A DNA stretch of 64,000 nt, from contig JALDTO010000266.1 of assembly GCA_023515725.1 (NCBI GenBank), positions 1,881,608-1,945,607 on the forward strand, in the 5' to 3' direction. The notes beneath the pieces are model-generated. The model was given only the letters and a program-made list of their open reading frames with translations. It ran no database searches and was not told the origin of the DNA. The stretch comes from Amoeboaphelidium protococcarum X5. Taxonomy: Eukaryota > Fungi > Aphelidiomycota. Both the position numbers and the translations under genes were made by a program. Positions within the stretch are counted from its first letter, which is position 1, and each line of letters starts with the position of its first letter. Shown here in pieces: positions 28,489-43,459 of the stretch.

Positions 28489-29287
28489 CTTCAGGCGATC
28501 CGGCTACATACCCAGACTTTTACAATTGCTTCTTCTTTACGACTTCCTCCTCATAAATTGCACATTAATTCTAAAGTGTCTCCAACTTTTGTCGACAGTC
28601 ATTCTCTCGCTGGACATAGAAATCATTAACCTTCTCCAATTCTTCATCCAAAAACTAAAAGAACTTGCGCTCCTATTCACTTTTAGTAGCCAGAATTGAC
28701 TATAAAGTTTCCGCCTCATTCATAGGCTTCACTGCCAGAGGAGAGCCAGTATTCGTTTAGTATTGGGAACGACTGCGTCCACGAGCTCTGTCGATAAAAT
28801 TTCTGATTGATGGTGAATATTTCAGTTTAGACGGAGAGGGTGCCAATGGCTAGCGTAACTCTTCCTTTGAGGAAATACTTTTAATAGTGTCTGTTGTGTT
28901 CACCTGTAATTAACTTTAACTATCTCCACCCACAGCTAAGGATTCAGCTAGAGGGGAAGATGGCACATTCAATCGCTTCCCATTAGAAACACTTTTCAGA
29001 CTATCAGACCTTGATGGCAAATTCTAGTTAGTACGAGATGATGATGATTATTATTATTTTTATTACTTATCATCACCACCACTCAGAAAAGGAGATGGCA
29101 ATCTAGTGAAGAATATTGAATTCTGTCTCTGTATTCCAGAGGTAGAAGACTACGATTACTCCCTCTACGCCCTCTCCAGCGCAATTTTCTCAATAACCTT
29201 GAGCAGCTTCTTCATATACTTGTAATTAATGTACTTTCGCCTCCATTCTGGGACACTCTCTGCCGCCAAATATTTAGCAAATTTCAT
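26681..29287 (-). CDS. SYG1: SPX-EXS phosphate exporter (Syg1/XPR1 family)
   Basis: [86 protein letters not shown]. Confidence 0.95.
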
Positions 29288-29580
29288 ACTATTAAAAATT
29301 TTAGAAATTTGCAGAGTGATTTTCAATGAGAAGAAAAAAACGAAAAATGTGTCTCGATCTGATTATTCCTTTTCACTTTTCTTTCACATGATCCGGACAC
29401 TTGGTGTAACGTTCAATTTCAATTTATCTGAAATCGTCGTTTCAGGTTTGATTCGATCCGGTCGATTTGAAAACTTTCAAGAAATAATAAGGAATGAAGA
29501 GTCTTTTCATAAAGCTAAACTATACTTTTCGTTTCAAGTTATTTCATTTAGTACTGCGATTATAGCCACAATACTTTTCA

Positions 29581-31311
29581 TCATTGAGAACACGGGAGAA
29601 TTCTCCATTGTTATCTCAACGAGCGTTTGTTGATGGTCTGTGCTACAACTTTATCAGAGTCTGTAGATGCCAGAGCATACGCGCCAACCATCGACTCAAA
29701 TATGACAGTGCCGTTCTATGATTCATGCATGATCCATCTTTGATTGTTATTATCGATTGCCTTCTTCTCATAGTAAATCACGTCAAACTTGAACTTGTAT
29801 ACTGCCTGAAGAACAGAGAAGCTACAGATATCAAGTACTTCTGACAGGCTTGATTAAGCAGATAGGAATCCATCATTGAATGTCCACATTTACTCAGGTG
29901 CATTAATCAAAGGCTCTTCCACAATTATATTTCCATTTCGCAATGTTAAAACTTTGCCATCAAACACGGAAATCAGAGTGAACACGTCACTTTTCAGAGC
30001 ATTAGAATTCAATGTCGGCTGAGTGGAATGAGAATCCTTCACCGGCTCGATGGCAGGCAAGTCTTTGGTATCAAAGTGTAACGCGTTGATTTCTGTCGAA
30101 TCTTGTTCTTCATCACCACTGTCTTCATTATCACTATACATGTCATCGCGTTCATTCCCAAAACTGTTCAACTTCAATTGTTCAATCGATGCTTCATCCT
30201 CAGAAGCTCCATCATCAGCTTCAATTTCAGAGGATTATGAGGCAGCTGGCTGCCCACCAGTTGATACCTTTTTGCCAGATCGAGATTTCAAATGATACAC
30301 ATCGCTCAATTCGCTCCACAACTTGCATTTAGAGCATTGCCATTTGATCTGGACGGCATGGCTTGACTTGCTGTCCGCTTTAAATTTGATCAATTTATCC
30401 TAAGTTTTAGCGCACATCGTGGCATCAACTTTAATTTGCAAATGTCCCATCTTGTTCTAGACTTGTTTCGATGCGGACCATACAACTTGAGCCTCTTCAG
30501 GAGATTGCTTGATCCAAAATACTTTGGCAACCTACATCTGCGGGTGCTTTTTGCATGGCTTAGGCTGAGCAGCACCGTCTTGGACTGCTTAAACACTTTT
30601 CGTCGTCACTACAGCACGTGCATCTTTGTCGACCTTATTTGAATAGCCCCTCTTATCCGCCGCAGGTCTTGGATTTTACTTGCCGGATAGTTGTACTGGT
30701 GCAACACTATCTATCCTTTGCTATTTATCACCCTTGTTGGAGGTGTTCGCACGTTTATTGGCAGAATTCTCTCTTGAAGCATTATTTACCGAAGCGCCAG
30801 ATTAATTATTAAACGCGCAATTGTTTGAAAAGATTGACACCAGGAGCATGACATGACACAAAATATCAAAAAATTTACGGTGATGCGCGTCCGTATCCAT
30901 ATCTTTCTCATCGTGAGCAGCTGCATTTCCGACTTTGCGCAGCTAGTCAAGAGATGCCATGACCTGCAAATGATTATCAGGAGCATAAGGTAGAGTGGGG
31001 CCTTTATAAAAGGTGTTCAGCGGCGACTTTTAAGTGATACTTAGGATTCTATCTGCAAAGGAAGCGCCTTTACAGCTCAAACCGTATCTATCCTCAATCA
31101 TAGATAGACAACAGTGTACAATTTGACGCGTCTTTATCAGAGCATTCCGAAAGTCCGTCCTATGTAATGCCTCCACAGCGGCATGGAGAAAATCATCAAT
31201 ACTTTTTACCAAGCTGGCATTGGACCTCATGATCTCCGTCTCACTCATAATCTGTTGCACAAACGACTCTAGCAGTCTCTATCTTTTCACACTTATTAAT
31301 CCAGAGCTCAT
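29581..31311 (-). CDS. DUF4145-like HEPN domain, low-complexity/Cys linker and C-terminal ricin-B lectin domain (~576 aa)
   Basis: Single code-6 ORF; ALIKTRQIV...FADRI...LDQLRKVGNAAAH; C-terminal QxW repeats EQMW, NQRW, QQW with VLDI. Confidence 0.65.
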
Positions 31312-31601
31312 TGATTATTGACTTTAGTATTACAGAATTTGTTTATGATGATACAGTTAAATTTATGGATCAAATAATGCTAATCAAAATATTAAGCACG
31401 TCGATTTATTAATAGCTCACTTTCTCAATCAATTGAAGTTGCATTTGTAGATCAAATTAGAGATAAGGGCGGTCAAAGAATAAAATAATCATTTTTATAT
31501 ACAGTATCAAGGAGGAAATTGAAATTAGTTTACTAGAGTCTGCATAGCAAACGGTACAACACAGTCACATTTAAATCATAAACTTCATATGAAAATGATA
31601 A

Positions 31602-33836
31602 TCAAGCAATCAACGAAACAACATCACCTACCATTTTGATTCCAGGAGATCTCTTGCCTTGTTACTCAGGCTTGACTTCTCGATACAAGAGCCTGGAACC
31701 AATTTTTACATATTCTGGCCACCGTACAAATCTGAATTTAATCTTGTACCTCTTCCCTGTGAGTAAATCGACTTGCTTGATAATAACAGGAACATCCGAC
31801 GCGTCACCATCAGCATTAATGGGAATCACATCTTTCTCGAGGGGAACAACATCAACAATTACAGCAGGCTAATGAATGGTGCCAATGTAAATGTGTCCCC
31901 ACCGTGGCTTTCTCAATCTCTCTGGACTTTTACGACCGTTGTGCTGATCATCTCCGCCGCCCTGTCCTGTGCTACTGCTGCTCTTTCGCTTCCTGCTAAA
32001 TTCATCCAACACTGCCTGTAATCCATCAGGGGAGCAATTTACATTAGCCATACAGCCGGTGGCAGCATAAAGAACACACACGTCAGCCTCAAAGTATAGA
32101 CTAGATGTTAACTAGGCATTGCTAGTGATAACCATACCACGCCGAAGAGCGGTGTCCAGACCAAGACTTGCTAGAGCTAAAGTTGCAACCTATCCAGCAC
32201 GGATAGCTTTTACTGGTCGCCGTTGCCTATGAATTGACGTTATGCCAACAGGTATAAATTTGCCACCTTACTCATCGATTGGCCCAACATACAGCTAGTT
32301 TTATGCATTAATAATAGTATCATCTGCATTAGGATTAACACTGACAGTATGCAATTAGTTGATGATCTGCCCACTTTCCATCCTACCACCTACAACAATA
32401 CCAACATTGGGCACATTAAAGATATCTTCAATCACAAATTCAACATCAGCATCGAGCACAGATTAATACTCGTCAGACAAGGCTTCAGATGTGCGAAGAA
32501 TTTATTAATGGTCTTTACCTGGCAATAGGTAGAGAAATCTCTCAAGTAATTCCATATTATCACCAGTTACAGAAGATGTCAGAAATATGGGAACCGATTG
32601 ATTAGCGGCAAAAACTTTTGCGCATTAAGCCACATCCTCAATGTTCTTCACAATCTTTGGAAGCCGCCTAGTACCTGGCAGCATCAGCAATTAAATTAAA
32701 GACTAGATGGTGGACTTTAAAACTGTATTGTCGACGACCATGTCCATTTTACTGACAACGATGAAAATAGGGACGTTTAGAACCAGCGAAAGGCCAAGCA
32801 GTTCTTTAGTAGTAGAATCAATAAAGCCACTCGATCCATCTACCAATACACAGGCATAGTCAGGATTATAGGATGTCCGCCCCTATATGGTGGTCTGTAG
32901 ATACTTTGGATGGCCACAAGTGTCGAGCATAATCACAATCTTACTAGCCAAGTCGACAATCTGCCCCTCACACCAGTCTCCTAATCCCTTATTACGGTCT
33001 GCATCATTGAGAGGATCTCCATCCTAGAACGCGCCCACATTACCCATAGTCGCCCCATAATTCAATAACTCCCCACTATCACTGAATCCGATAATAGAAT
33101 GCGATATAGATGACGATCTGCCACTTTCAATCTCATGCCTATGCCGAAGCAAATTCAGTCTAGCCTTTCCACTGCCATTGTCCAATTCACCATGTGACAG
33201 ATATCCAAGCAGTGTAGATTTACCGCAGTTCGTATTGCCTAAGAACGCAATTCTAATCTCTTGGAAATTCTATTCATTCCTAATGGATTTGATGGTAACT
33301 TCAGCAACATAGAATTTAGAATCCTCGCTATTGCTATCACCATAAACACTTTGAGACGGGGTAGAGGCACCAAGTTCACTATTCACAGAGAATTCATCTC
33401 CATTTTTATCCACCATCAATTAACTTTTACTAACCTTTTTACTAGCGGAAGCTGTAGATTTACTCTATCGACTCTTATACTCAAAGTAATCAAATCTTTA
33501 ATCAAGAGCAATTCTTCTAAATTCTACTGGAACCTACTTGCGATTAATATCAGCAATCTCTGCACCAACCTCCTTTGCCATTACACGCAACCGCTCCAAA
33601 GAATGCTCCATTTCATCATGACTCAATCCCACCAGCCTGCCATTATCCTGCACTCCAAGTTCATAATACGCCACCCCATGCCCCTCAGACATGCGCCATT
33701 TCATCTGTGTACACAATGAATGAAACCGGTCCTCTCTGACGTCATTATTGAGCATCATTTTGTACTCAACATTGCCCTCCTCAACCTCCTGCGGCAGATT
33801 TACTCCCTAGGCCAGACTATAATCTAGTAACGACAT
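31602..33836 (-). CDS. GTP-binding protein, GTPBP1/GTPBP2 family
   Basis: LPQEVEEGNVEYK, TQMKWRMSEGHG.AYYELGV.DNG, GNTNCGKSTLLG, NGSGKARLNLLRHRHEIESGRSSSIS, DTCGHPKY. Confidence 0.93.
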
Positions 33837-34495
33837 TCAGTGAAATCAAATAACAGATTGAAAGAGATGATATTTACAATAATAAATTTAAACAAATGAT
33901 AACAATACAACAAGAACAATCAAATTTATCGGAGGAAAAAGAAATCGGTTTCAAAAATATTCTCTTAACGATGCTCTGATGCAGGAAGTATGGCGTGTGA
34001 AGAAGGAATTCGATAAAGATGCAGATCCGTTGAGAACAAGATCTAATTGCGTCACCTGACAACCACTCACTCACTCACTCGTCTCTATCATCAATATGCA
34101 TTGTTTTAACTCGTGTACTTTAGTTATTTTAAATATTTCAATCTCTATCCTCTAGTGGAATGCATATTTTATTCTCTGCATCTCTTTATCATCGTGTCTA
34201 AAAAGGTATCAATTGTCCGAGTAAAAGTTTCCCTTTTACATCTCAGGCAACTAGTGTCGGATGAAACGATTAACCTGTTTCAATACAATTAAGCGCAGTC
34301 AAATGTTTACATGACTGTAAGCGATATCAGGAGATACTATATCTAAACGCTTAATATAATTCTCTGGAATGTCTAGTTAACGCGAAGAGAATTGTTTTCA
34401 AGCTTTTGTTCTTCTCAGTTGAATCTTTCCGCGTTACTTTTCTTTATTCGAGTCGTTCATTACACGCGGTAGTTAATTTTAACATCAATAGTGCA

Positions 34496-35752
34496 ATGTC
34501 TAGCAAATAATCAAAGTATTATTTATTTATTTTATATGATGTTTATGACTTTTATTTATATCATTCAGTGTAATGTTGTAGGAAAGGATAAGAGTTTCTG
34601 TGCAAGGTTCGATACAAGAACTAGTTGCCTCTGCTCCCAATGCCTCCAAAGATGCTCTCGCTCCAGAATCCTAATGAGGCTCTGGAGATGATGCAGTATG
34701 TTTAGTCAGATTATTACAAGAAATAGCCTATAGAACCGCTGGCCGCAATGACGCTTGGTCTGGGTATAGATTTTGTGGATTTGCGATCGTTGACTATCAC
34801 CGATAATGATAATGACTTTCCGGCGTAGACTAATGGATCTGAAGATAGCTTGCCGCGTACTCAAATTGTGGATGAATAAGATATAGCTATTCTGGAGCCA
34901 TTTAAAAGCCGCAAAGTTGTCAATGAAGAAGATTCAGATGCAAAGAATGGCGGCAAGAGACCAGTTGTATCTTGGCTCCGAAGAACAGAGTATTTCAGTG
35001 CCGACAGCACCAAGAGTATGGGTAAGAGTGGTCTGGGTGATTTGAAGAGACACTTGAACAGATAGAGAAAATCAATTCTGGGTATGGATTTCAGTCGCGA
35101 TGGGTAGATTAAGATTATCAATGATACTTTTGATGACTTGCAGCCATTAGAAGAATTAAAGCATCCGTAGGATGACTCTCTGCATGCAGTGGAAGAATAC
35201 GTGCTTTAGCCAGATATGGCTATGGACTCTATTGTACTCACAAACTGCATCTTTGATCAAGATCCCACACCACCCACTTCTCTGTATCCTAATGTAATTT
35301 AAGATGGACCTAGATTCCTTAAACCTCTATCTAATCCCGATAATCCTAATGATCAATTTATGATTTTCTTTTGCTCTGTGCCTGTGGAGAAGAATAGTTC
35401 AGAAGACAATATGGACGTGGATGGTGGAAATTAATAGCCGGATGGTCAATTACCTACAGATTAGGCTGTCGCTATTAGAAATTACAATTTTAGAGTTAGC
35501 AAGGAGCAAGACTAGAGTAAGATGCTGGTCAGGATATAAAAGTCTGGTCGAGTGGCCAAGTTCTCTTCAGTCTCTGCTCGCATTCAGCTGCAGAAGAGAA
35601 GAAGATAGAATGTGGATAGATTTGGCCGTACCGGTGCATCAAGTATGAACGACATTCCCACTGATTTGCTCATCAATAGACTAGAATCAAGTTAAAGTGG
35701 CTATAACGCATAAGCTGGAGATTAGCTGGAGGAAGTAGATGCGTAGAACTGA
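34496..35752 (+). CDS. PAF1: RNA polymerase II-associated factor Paf1; intron ~34516-34581
   Basis: EFLCKVRYKNQLPLLPMPPK, GIDFVD, VSWLRRTEYFS, INDTFD, LKHP. Confidence 0.9.
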
Positions 35753-35896
35753 AAATTAAAATAATAAAGCTGCAGTGTGTATTCATATACTTAGTATTAT
35801 TGCCATTATGAACGTTCAATAATAGTATTAATCATTTTCACCCTTTATAACCATGATGATGATGATAATGATGAGAAAGTGTGTGCATTAAACGAC

Positions 35897-36402
<506 letters not shown>

Positions 36403-36728
36403 TTTGTATGCAAGTTGAATGCTTTATTATTATTAATTGACACTAACGATGCGTATAGGAGGACTGAAAGATGTTGTTTTACGAAGGAACGAGACGGAAC
36501 GGAATTGTTGTCGCTCGTTCGCTCGTTTCGTTGTTGTTTGACGGGCGACACGGCGAAACGTTGGAGAGGAGGGACGCGTTTCGTTATCTCTCTGCTCGCT
36601 CTCCTGTCATGGCTATTGTTCATTCACTGACTGTCGCCTCTTTTCTTGTACTAACGCCACACTTTCCACAATGAAGTATTTCGTCGCGTTAATAGAGCAA
36701 AAGGTAGGAGTAAGATCAACAATATTAT

Positions 36729-39017
36729 TCAAAAAGAGTACATCAAAATGTCAATCGGGCCGTATTCTTCTTCTGACCACTATTTACTGAGAAGCCAGAA
36801 CCGTGCTTCAACGTATGCAGCCAGTTTCAACATCAATCCACCCTTCTGTGCATAGAATGCAGCCTTTCTATTTAGCAAGAATGGCCTGGCAGATGCAAAC
36901 AGATCCAAATCTGGATCCAGAGATCGTCCAAGCCCTTCCATAATCATAAGAGACACGACCAGATTAGTAAAGTCGGATTCAATTTTCACGTGATGATTAC
37001 GGACCATATCCAAGACTTGAGTGAGTAGTTCACTTATAGAAATGTTACCCAAGCGAAAAGTCTGCAATTACACCTCTGACACCAGTTGACTCATCTTTTA
37101 CTGAAAACCAGGAAAGTCGCTACATTTAGCCTCCAGAACTTGTTCGAGGTGCAAATGCTGCAGGTCTCTGAGATCTGGTCTCCTTCGCAACTATCTCTCC
37201 GGAATTCTACTTCTCTCCACCATCAATCTCGCGGCTAGAGCTCCATCTCCATCAGCAAGAGCACTAAACAAGTCTAAAAAGTTATTCAAATTCGTGTCAT
37301 CCAAAGTGGTAGTTAATCCAGCATCTATAAATATTAATCTAGGCTTAGTATATCCATTCTATATAGCCTCTTGAACTCTAAGTCTATTCACTTCATGTTT
37401 AGCTACTGCGGATTACAAAGGCAAGCTCGACTGCATGGAAGGGGAATACTGATGGCCTTCGCTGTTGAACAGTTGCACAATAATATTGCCAGGATGAAGA
37501 TCGGAGTGAATAAAATTATCATCCAGCATCATCTTGAGAAAAGCTAGTAGACCAACATTAGCAATCTTCTTCTTTACCAATTCAACAGATTGATTGAGTT
37601 ACTTTCTACTTCTTTCCTATACGTGTTGATCTACAGATTGAACTAGATCAACATTCTACTAGCGGTGATCATCATCGCTATCACCGTATATAAAGGCTTT
37701 GATTGGAATGCCGTCAGCAAAAGTCTCCATGAGAATATTCTCGGCCACGTACTATTCAATTACGGAAGGGAATGAAACTTGAGTGCAATCCATAGCCCCA
37801 GTGGCAGAACCGATCTGTGATCCAATGTTCAAAGCCATATCTATAGTGTTCTCCTTCCACTTCTTCCACGAGAATATAGAATCTGAATCTTGTCCATTAT
37901 CGGGAAATGAGTTAAGTGATACAATATCCTAATTTCTATCTCGATCCTTTAATCTCTTCTCATCAGCCTGATCAGAGTAAAAGTTTCGTCTAAAAGTCCT
38001 CAGATTCTCAGCTTCATGTCTCAGGTCTACCTGCTCCATCATGAATCTTTTAAACATTTGCACCTCTTCAGTTATACTCAGATACTCAATATTTTTAATC
38101 GGAAGCGCATCAATTAGTAACGCTGCAAAATTCATCAGCTATAAATCCAGGTTGATGATTCTTGCAATATGAGGATGCCGCACCTTCACGGCCACAATGC
38201 CTTGGTTCTCTTCATCAGGCCATTGACGATCAGCGTCAGAATGAGAGAGCCGCAGCTTTAAAATCGCGTCTTGTGACAGCTTCATCTTATACACAGAGGC
38301 AATACATCCGCTGCCAATTAGTTCGCATTACTCAGTCACATCATCAAATATATCCGACGTTGATACCCCAAACTGTGTTCTAAAGACGCGTTCCAAGTAT
38401 TTGTTTTCATCTTTCTTATGTCTAAAGGAGCTACCTACATTGTCATGAAGCTCAGTCAGCGTGTAGCACACCTATTTACTGAAAAGATCTGGTCTTGTTG
38501 CAGCCCATTGACCCAACTTGATAAATGTGGGTCCCATTGTTATTAGAGTTCCATGAAGGATATGAGGAAGTTTCCGACTCAAATATTTATAAAATTTACT
38601 TTAATCTAAATGAAGATAGTTTAGAGATATCATGGCCAACGATGTAAGAAATAATGGAGTGATAATGACTGCAAGTTATACAGCACGCAGAGAGCACTTT
38701 ATCACATCAATAAGCAATCTTACAGGACGGAATAGCAAATGCAAACATGACTTCACTTTAATCCATAGAGTACTTGGTTTTAATCGGTGTTCTTCTCTAT
38801 AATTACGATGACTCTATTAAAAAGCCCTGGGATATTACGAGGGAACGTCCGTATTATACGGACACCATTAGTCTTGATTAAGGAATCTAGCATTAAGACA
38901 TGTAAGAGTGCTCACACTTTAAATACCACGGAATCTACTCAACCAATAATAGCTATCATTTATCTACCTGCATCGGAATAGTTTATAAATAGGAAACAAT
39001 TTACCAGTTCTAATCAT
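36729..39017 (-). CDS. ABC1/UbiB atypical kinase (ADCK2/Cqd1-like)
   Basis: MGPTFIKLGQWAATRPDLF, GSGCIA, VAVKVRHP, EQVDLRHEAENL, DNFIHSDLHPGNI, FIDAG, MEGLGRSLDPDLDLF. Confidence 0.92.
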
Positions 39018-39166
39018 ATCTAAATGTCAAGTTAAATGTTATTACCCAACACGCTGAGATCTAAAAAAAATGGAGCGCTAAAATGAAATCGAGATCAGTT
39101 AAACTTTCGCGATCTTAATCACATGAATGAATGTAGGTTGATTATTGTAATCACGAATTAGTTTAA

Positions 39167-39751
39167 ATGATTAATCTTTAACCTCTTTAGTTCCTGATTA
39201 GAATAGTATCTGATCCTAGATTACTACGTCCATCAGCAAAGATTGTATCTCCGGCGACCATCGATACTTCGGCGAAATGGAAATAATTGATGCAATCTGG
39301 TCTTGGAGTTAGGACTGAACAGAATGTGATATTATTGATTGATAAGGACAATTGCTGGTGTCATCCGCGTCAAAATGCTGTATACGAGGAATATCGATAG
39401 TCTTTTACAGCAATGAACGAATCATTTTAGAATGTTTATTGGCTCAGTAATACCATTTCGCTGGATTCTTAGTATCGCGATTCTAATCAGAGGTTCGAAG
39501 GCATTGAAGTGATTCCAGTTACTGCTAAAAAGCCAGCGTGTGGTGAGAAAGTTGAGAAATTCCTGCAGACGCGTCACTCCGACTTAAGATAATCTCAAGT
39601 CGTCATGATGGGCGATAGAGTGCTCACTGATGTCCTGATGGCTAATGATCGAGGATGGAAATCAATACTGGTATAGAAGGTGATAGACGAGTCAGCCGAA
39701 GGTTCCGGAGCTTTTATATTTCGAAAGATTGAGCGATGGTTTACAAGTTGA
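39167..39751 (+). CDS. GEP4: Mitochondrial phosphatidylglycerophosphatase (Gep4, HAD family)
   Basis: LIDKDNC, WLSNT, KKPACG, MMGDRVLTDVLMAN; missed by the ORF track because of TAR codons. Confidence 0.85.
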
Positions 39752-41015
39752 CATTGTCTCAAAATTTATTATGCGATAACGCCCAATCTCTCTACTTATA
39801 TTGATGTTCATCTTCAATCTGTACACTTGCACTGAATTCCAATCGCAAGACACCAATGGGAAAGTTTGTAGTTTAGCACTATTCTTTACTCCGGGGTTTG
39901 CGTAGCTGAAATTTTTATTTGATTTATCAATGCAGTCTTGATCAGAGATTTAGCATTAGGAGACAAAAGTTCAGCATGCTTTGGCATCACCTTTATGGCA
40001 TCAGATACCTCATTTTCAAACTCAGTTACCGTCGATTTTCTGGCTGTTACGCGAGCAAACTATATCCGCCGGTAATATAATGGTAACTTTAAAATTATTT
40101 ATTCACATCTACTGTATACTCTTAGAGTTAGTGTCTGATGTTGACTTTAAAATAAGAGAATCGCAATCTGAGACGAAGGGTTTTGATTAACTTTTATAGT
40201 ATCGATCCATCTTTAAAACCATTTACATCATGCTCATAGCGCTGTTGAAAGATAGTAAATATGTCAAATATAATCTATTGATAATCATAAAAGAAATACG
40301 ACAATCACGAAGACATCTTATATAGAGTGATCTGATATTACCTCGTTACATCCAATTATACGTGTAACATCCTCATTCGACCAACACTTGTTACGTTTCA
40401 CTTCTACTGTATGTAACTTCATGATCAATCACGCCTTGGCTGCAACGGTAGCCTTCCAGAGTTTACTCAACAAGCGCAGTGTTCTCTTGGCGCAATATGA
40501 AGAGCTCATTTTTGACCACATTAGAATTAGCTTGCAGAAATCTGCTTATGCGTTTAAATTAGACTAGTCTCATTGTACTATGTAACTTGACCGAAAGGGG
40601 GAGTGACTGATCAAGGGGTCAATGGGCTAAGGAGCTGAATGGGATGTTGATAAATGAAACCATTTAGATATTTTTGATATTTAGATTTAACATCTGCACA
40701 GATGGCATAATACTTCTTTGCTTTGTTGTTGCTCATAGCGTAAGCCTATAGAGCTACTTCGGTGATAGAAGACAAGCTTGTTCCAGTCTTGCAAGTTTTT
40801 GTTAAGCTACCTGAATTTGACTCCATGCGTAAAAGTGTCCTCCTGCATTAGAATATAAGCTCTAATCTGCTTTGAAATATCCATTCAAAGCATAATGCAG
40901 TATAGTGGTTCAACCTCTTTGCTCTTTTGGCAAGTAAACTATCAACTTTGTTACTTCACACTAATAATATAAATACAATAAATTTTTGGCGTTCAAGGTT
41001 AGATGCGATTCATCC

Positions 41016-41813
41016 ATGGTAAAAAAGTTGGCCGTTTATAAAGTTGAATGGCGCGTAGATATCGAATTTCCCGAGGAGACTGATGCTTATGGTACAGGGG
41101 CTGAGTATTGCAGTGATGTCAAGTTGCAATAATCGACTGAAATTGAGATTCGAAATTACGAAATAGCAAATTTGAATGAAAGAAGGACATTCGTTCCAAA
41201 GTTATCAGTCACCGTTTACGGTACTTAATCTTAGTATAATGAGGTGCTCAAATGGCGTGACTTAACTCAAAGTTTTACTTTTCCGTCACTGGGGCAAAAT
41301 TTATGGAGCCAGGTACTCGAGTAAGATGCTCATTTGGATTCTGAGTCCATTTCCGATTTGGATATACAGCTTGTTACGCGCGATGATCGCATCAAGTGCC
41401 ATCTTAATGTGCTAAAGGCGTCAGCAAGCCTAGGCTCTTATTTTACTATTTTACCAAAAGAAACTAATAAAGTGTCTCTGGATTTATATCCAACGAATGT
41501 AGTGTTTTCGGCATTGTAAATGATCTACGTTGGGGAAACTGAAATCGCCTCTGCCGAAATGTCTGGGATGACTTTCAGTGACCAGATTGATTTTGTGGGA
41601 TTAATCTACCGCTTCGGGGTGAAATTTGCATTTGCTAGCGTGATATCCTTAAGTGTCTTCCTATTGAAGAGTTTGACTAATGCAGAGAGTGCTGGTAAGA
41701 TGGGCGCCATATTGACTCTTGATAGTTCTGTAGAAGGTGACAAGTTCTTGAAGTAGATGTACAATGTCGCTGCTCTCAACTCCGTAGGCTAGTCGCTGCT
41801 ATCCGGAATCTGA
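41016..41813 (+). CDS. BTB/POZ-like domain protein
   Basis: SDLDIQLVTRDDRIKCHLNVLKAS...SYF...VSLD..PTNV..ALQMIYVG; open from ATG to TGA in code 6. Confidence 0.55.
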
Positions 41814-41951
41814 AAGTAAATTTATCAGAATTTAAATATTAGAAAAATGAATATAATTGAGATTTTAACATTGTTTTATCTTATATTACAGTTAACAATG
41901 AACTATTACAATTGTAAGGAACTCTAAGGTTTTTAACACACACATGTAACG

Positions 41952-43313
41952 TCACTCAGTATTAGCTTAATTAACAGTGTTGACATATGATCGCTCCACT
42001 CTGAATATCAACCAAACATTACGCCGAAGTATCTCAACAATCATCAGTGTATACATTGACCAGTTTGGATGCAAGTTATATCCATAATACTCAATCATTA
42101 TCTTGATGAGCCAAGAGAACCGCGCCAGCATGTTGAATAAGCAGAGCGCGTAATAAAGACTGTGAGACGATTAAAGTCTTGAATTTCCACTTGCAATCGT
42201 ATGCTAACTCATGCGATGAGGTGATGAAAGTACTAGATCATTATAGTCCTCCCCAATTAAGGGCTAAGCCAACATCACTTTATTGTCAATGTCAAGTAAA
42301 GGATACACGACAAAGTGATGCCATTCAACGAGCAAGTGCTGTCTCAGGTAACCAAATCGACGCTATCCAAGCTCCCAGTCGTAAAAAAAATCCCAGTATA
42401 GACTAAACGATGAATTGAATATAGCAAATACAAACCATGCAGCCAGAATATAACTGTTATCATCATTATTAAATATTCGGAGAAGATAAGCACATGTTAA
42501 TACAGGCAGGATACTGCAATATTTAAGACCATTCCAAAATTGATGCTTCTGCCCACAGCGATAATCTGCGATACATTAACGCAGCCGTATGATATACGGG
42601 GTTGAGATGAGCATGAATATAAAGATTGAATTGTTACAGCGTGAGCTCTAGTAAGAGTCTAAATCGTATGAAGTTAAAAACGAACAAATGATGACAGATA
42701 GATCACCAAACGCTCTAGAGTAAGAAGTGAGAACATCCGCGAATAACACTTAGCTGAGCTTAGTTTACTGCGTCATGGGAGAGTATACAGCGGTGGATAT
42801 TAAATAGGACATAAGTGCCAGAAGATTGGAATTCTACCGCATAATATAGAAAGCAACGCCAGCAAAGGAGACACAGGACATCAATATAACAAAGGCTTCA
42901 TCCAAATCAGCTAAACTCTTTGGATGCTAGCCAAAGCTTTATTATTAATCTCTAATAAGGGTGAAAACCACCATCCAGAACAGTGTAAGCGCGGTAAGCC
43001 AGAAGCTCAGCAGTCTCAGCGACCGAAGCAGAATTACAAAACCAGACTCTGTGCTACTGGATTCATACTAAATCAACCTCAGAAAATCAATTCCAGCATT
43101 GGCAAGTACTTGCAGACTTAGAGCAAATAAATAGATGCCCAGCGTAATAAGCAACATTGATCGATACATTGGCGGCAGAATCTGCTCCAACTCGACATCG
43201 AGCCATGAAACTGGTAGCATGAGCCAGGACAGTCCAAAGAAGGACACCAGTAGAATAATGTACAATCTATTTCGCTAATAAAATGGCTTCCCCCCTGCTG
43301 ACATATATGGCAT
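41952..43313 (-). CDS. ERD1: EXS-family protein (Erd1-like)
   Basis: VLFADVLTSYSRAFGDL, PYIIRLRQCIADY, NGLKY, NSSFSLYWDFFYDWEL, NMLARFSW, VEILRRNVWLIFRVE. Confidence 0.85.
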
Positions 43314-43459
43314 GAATTTAATACTATACTTGTTTCAAATCTTTATGGCTTCAATTATAAGTGGGAATACAGATATTTCAATTAGAAACGTTACTAAAGG
43401 GAACAAAAGGATAAATCTCTCGTTACTCGATCACTGAAGAAATTTCAAGTGAAAGCGAG

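Noticed and set aside
39780-40960. Short minus-strand open stretches between GEP4 and the BTB gene
   Set aside because: No recognisable motif or coherent gene model
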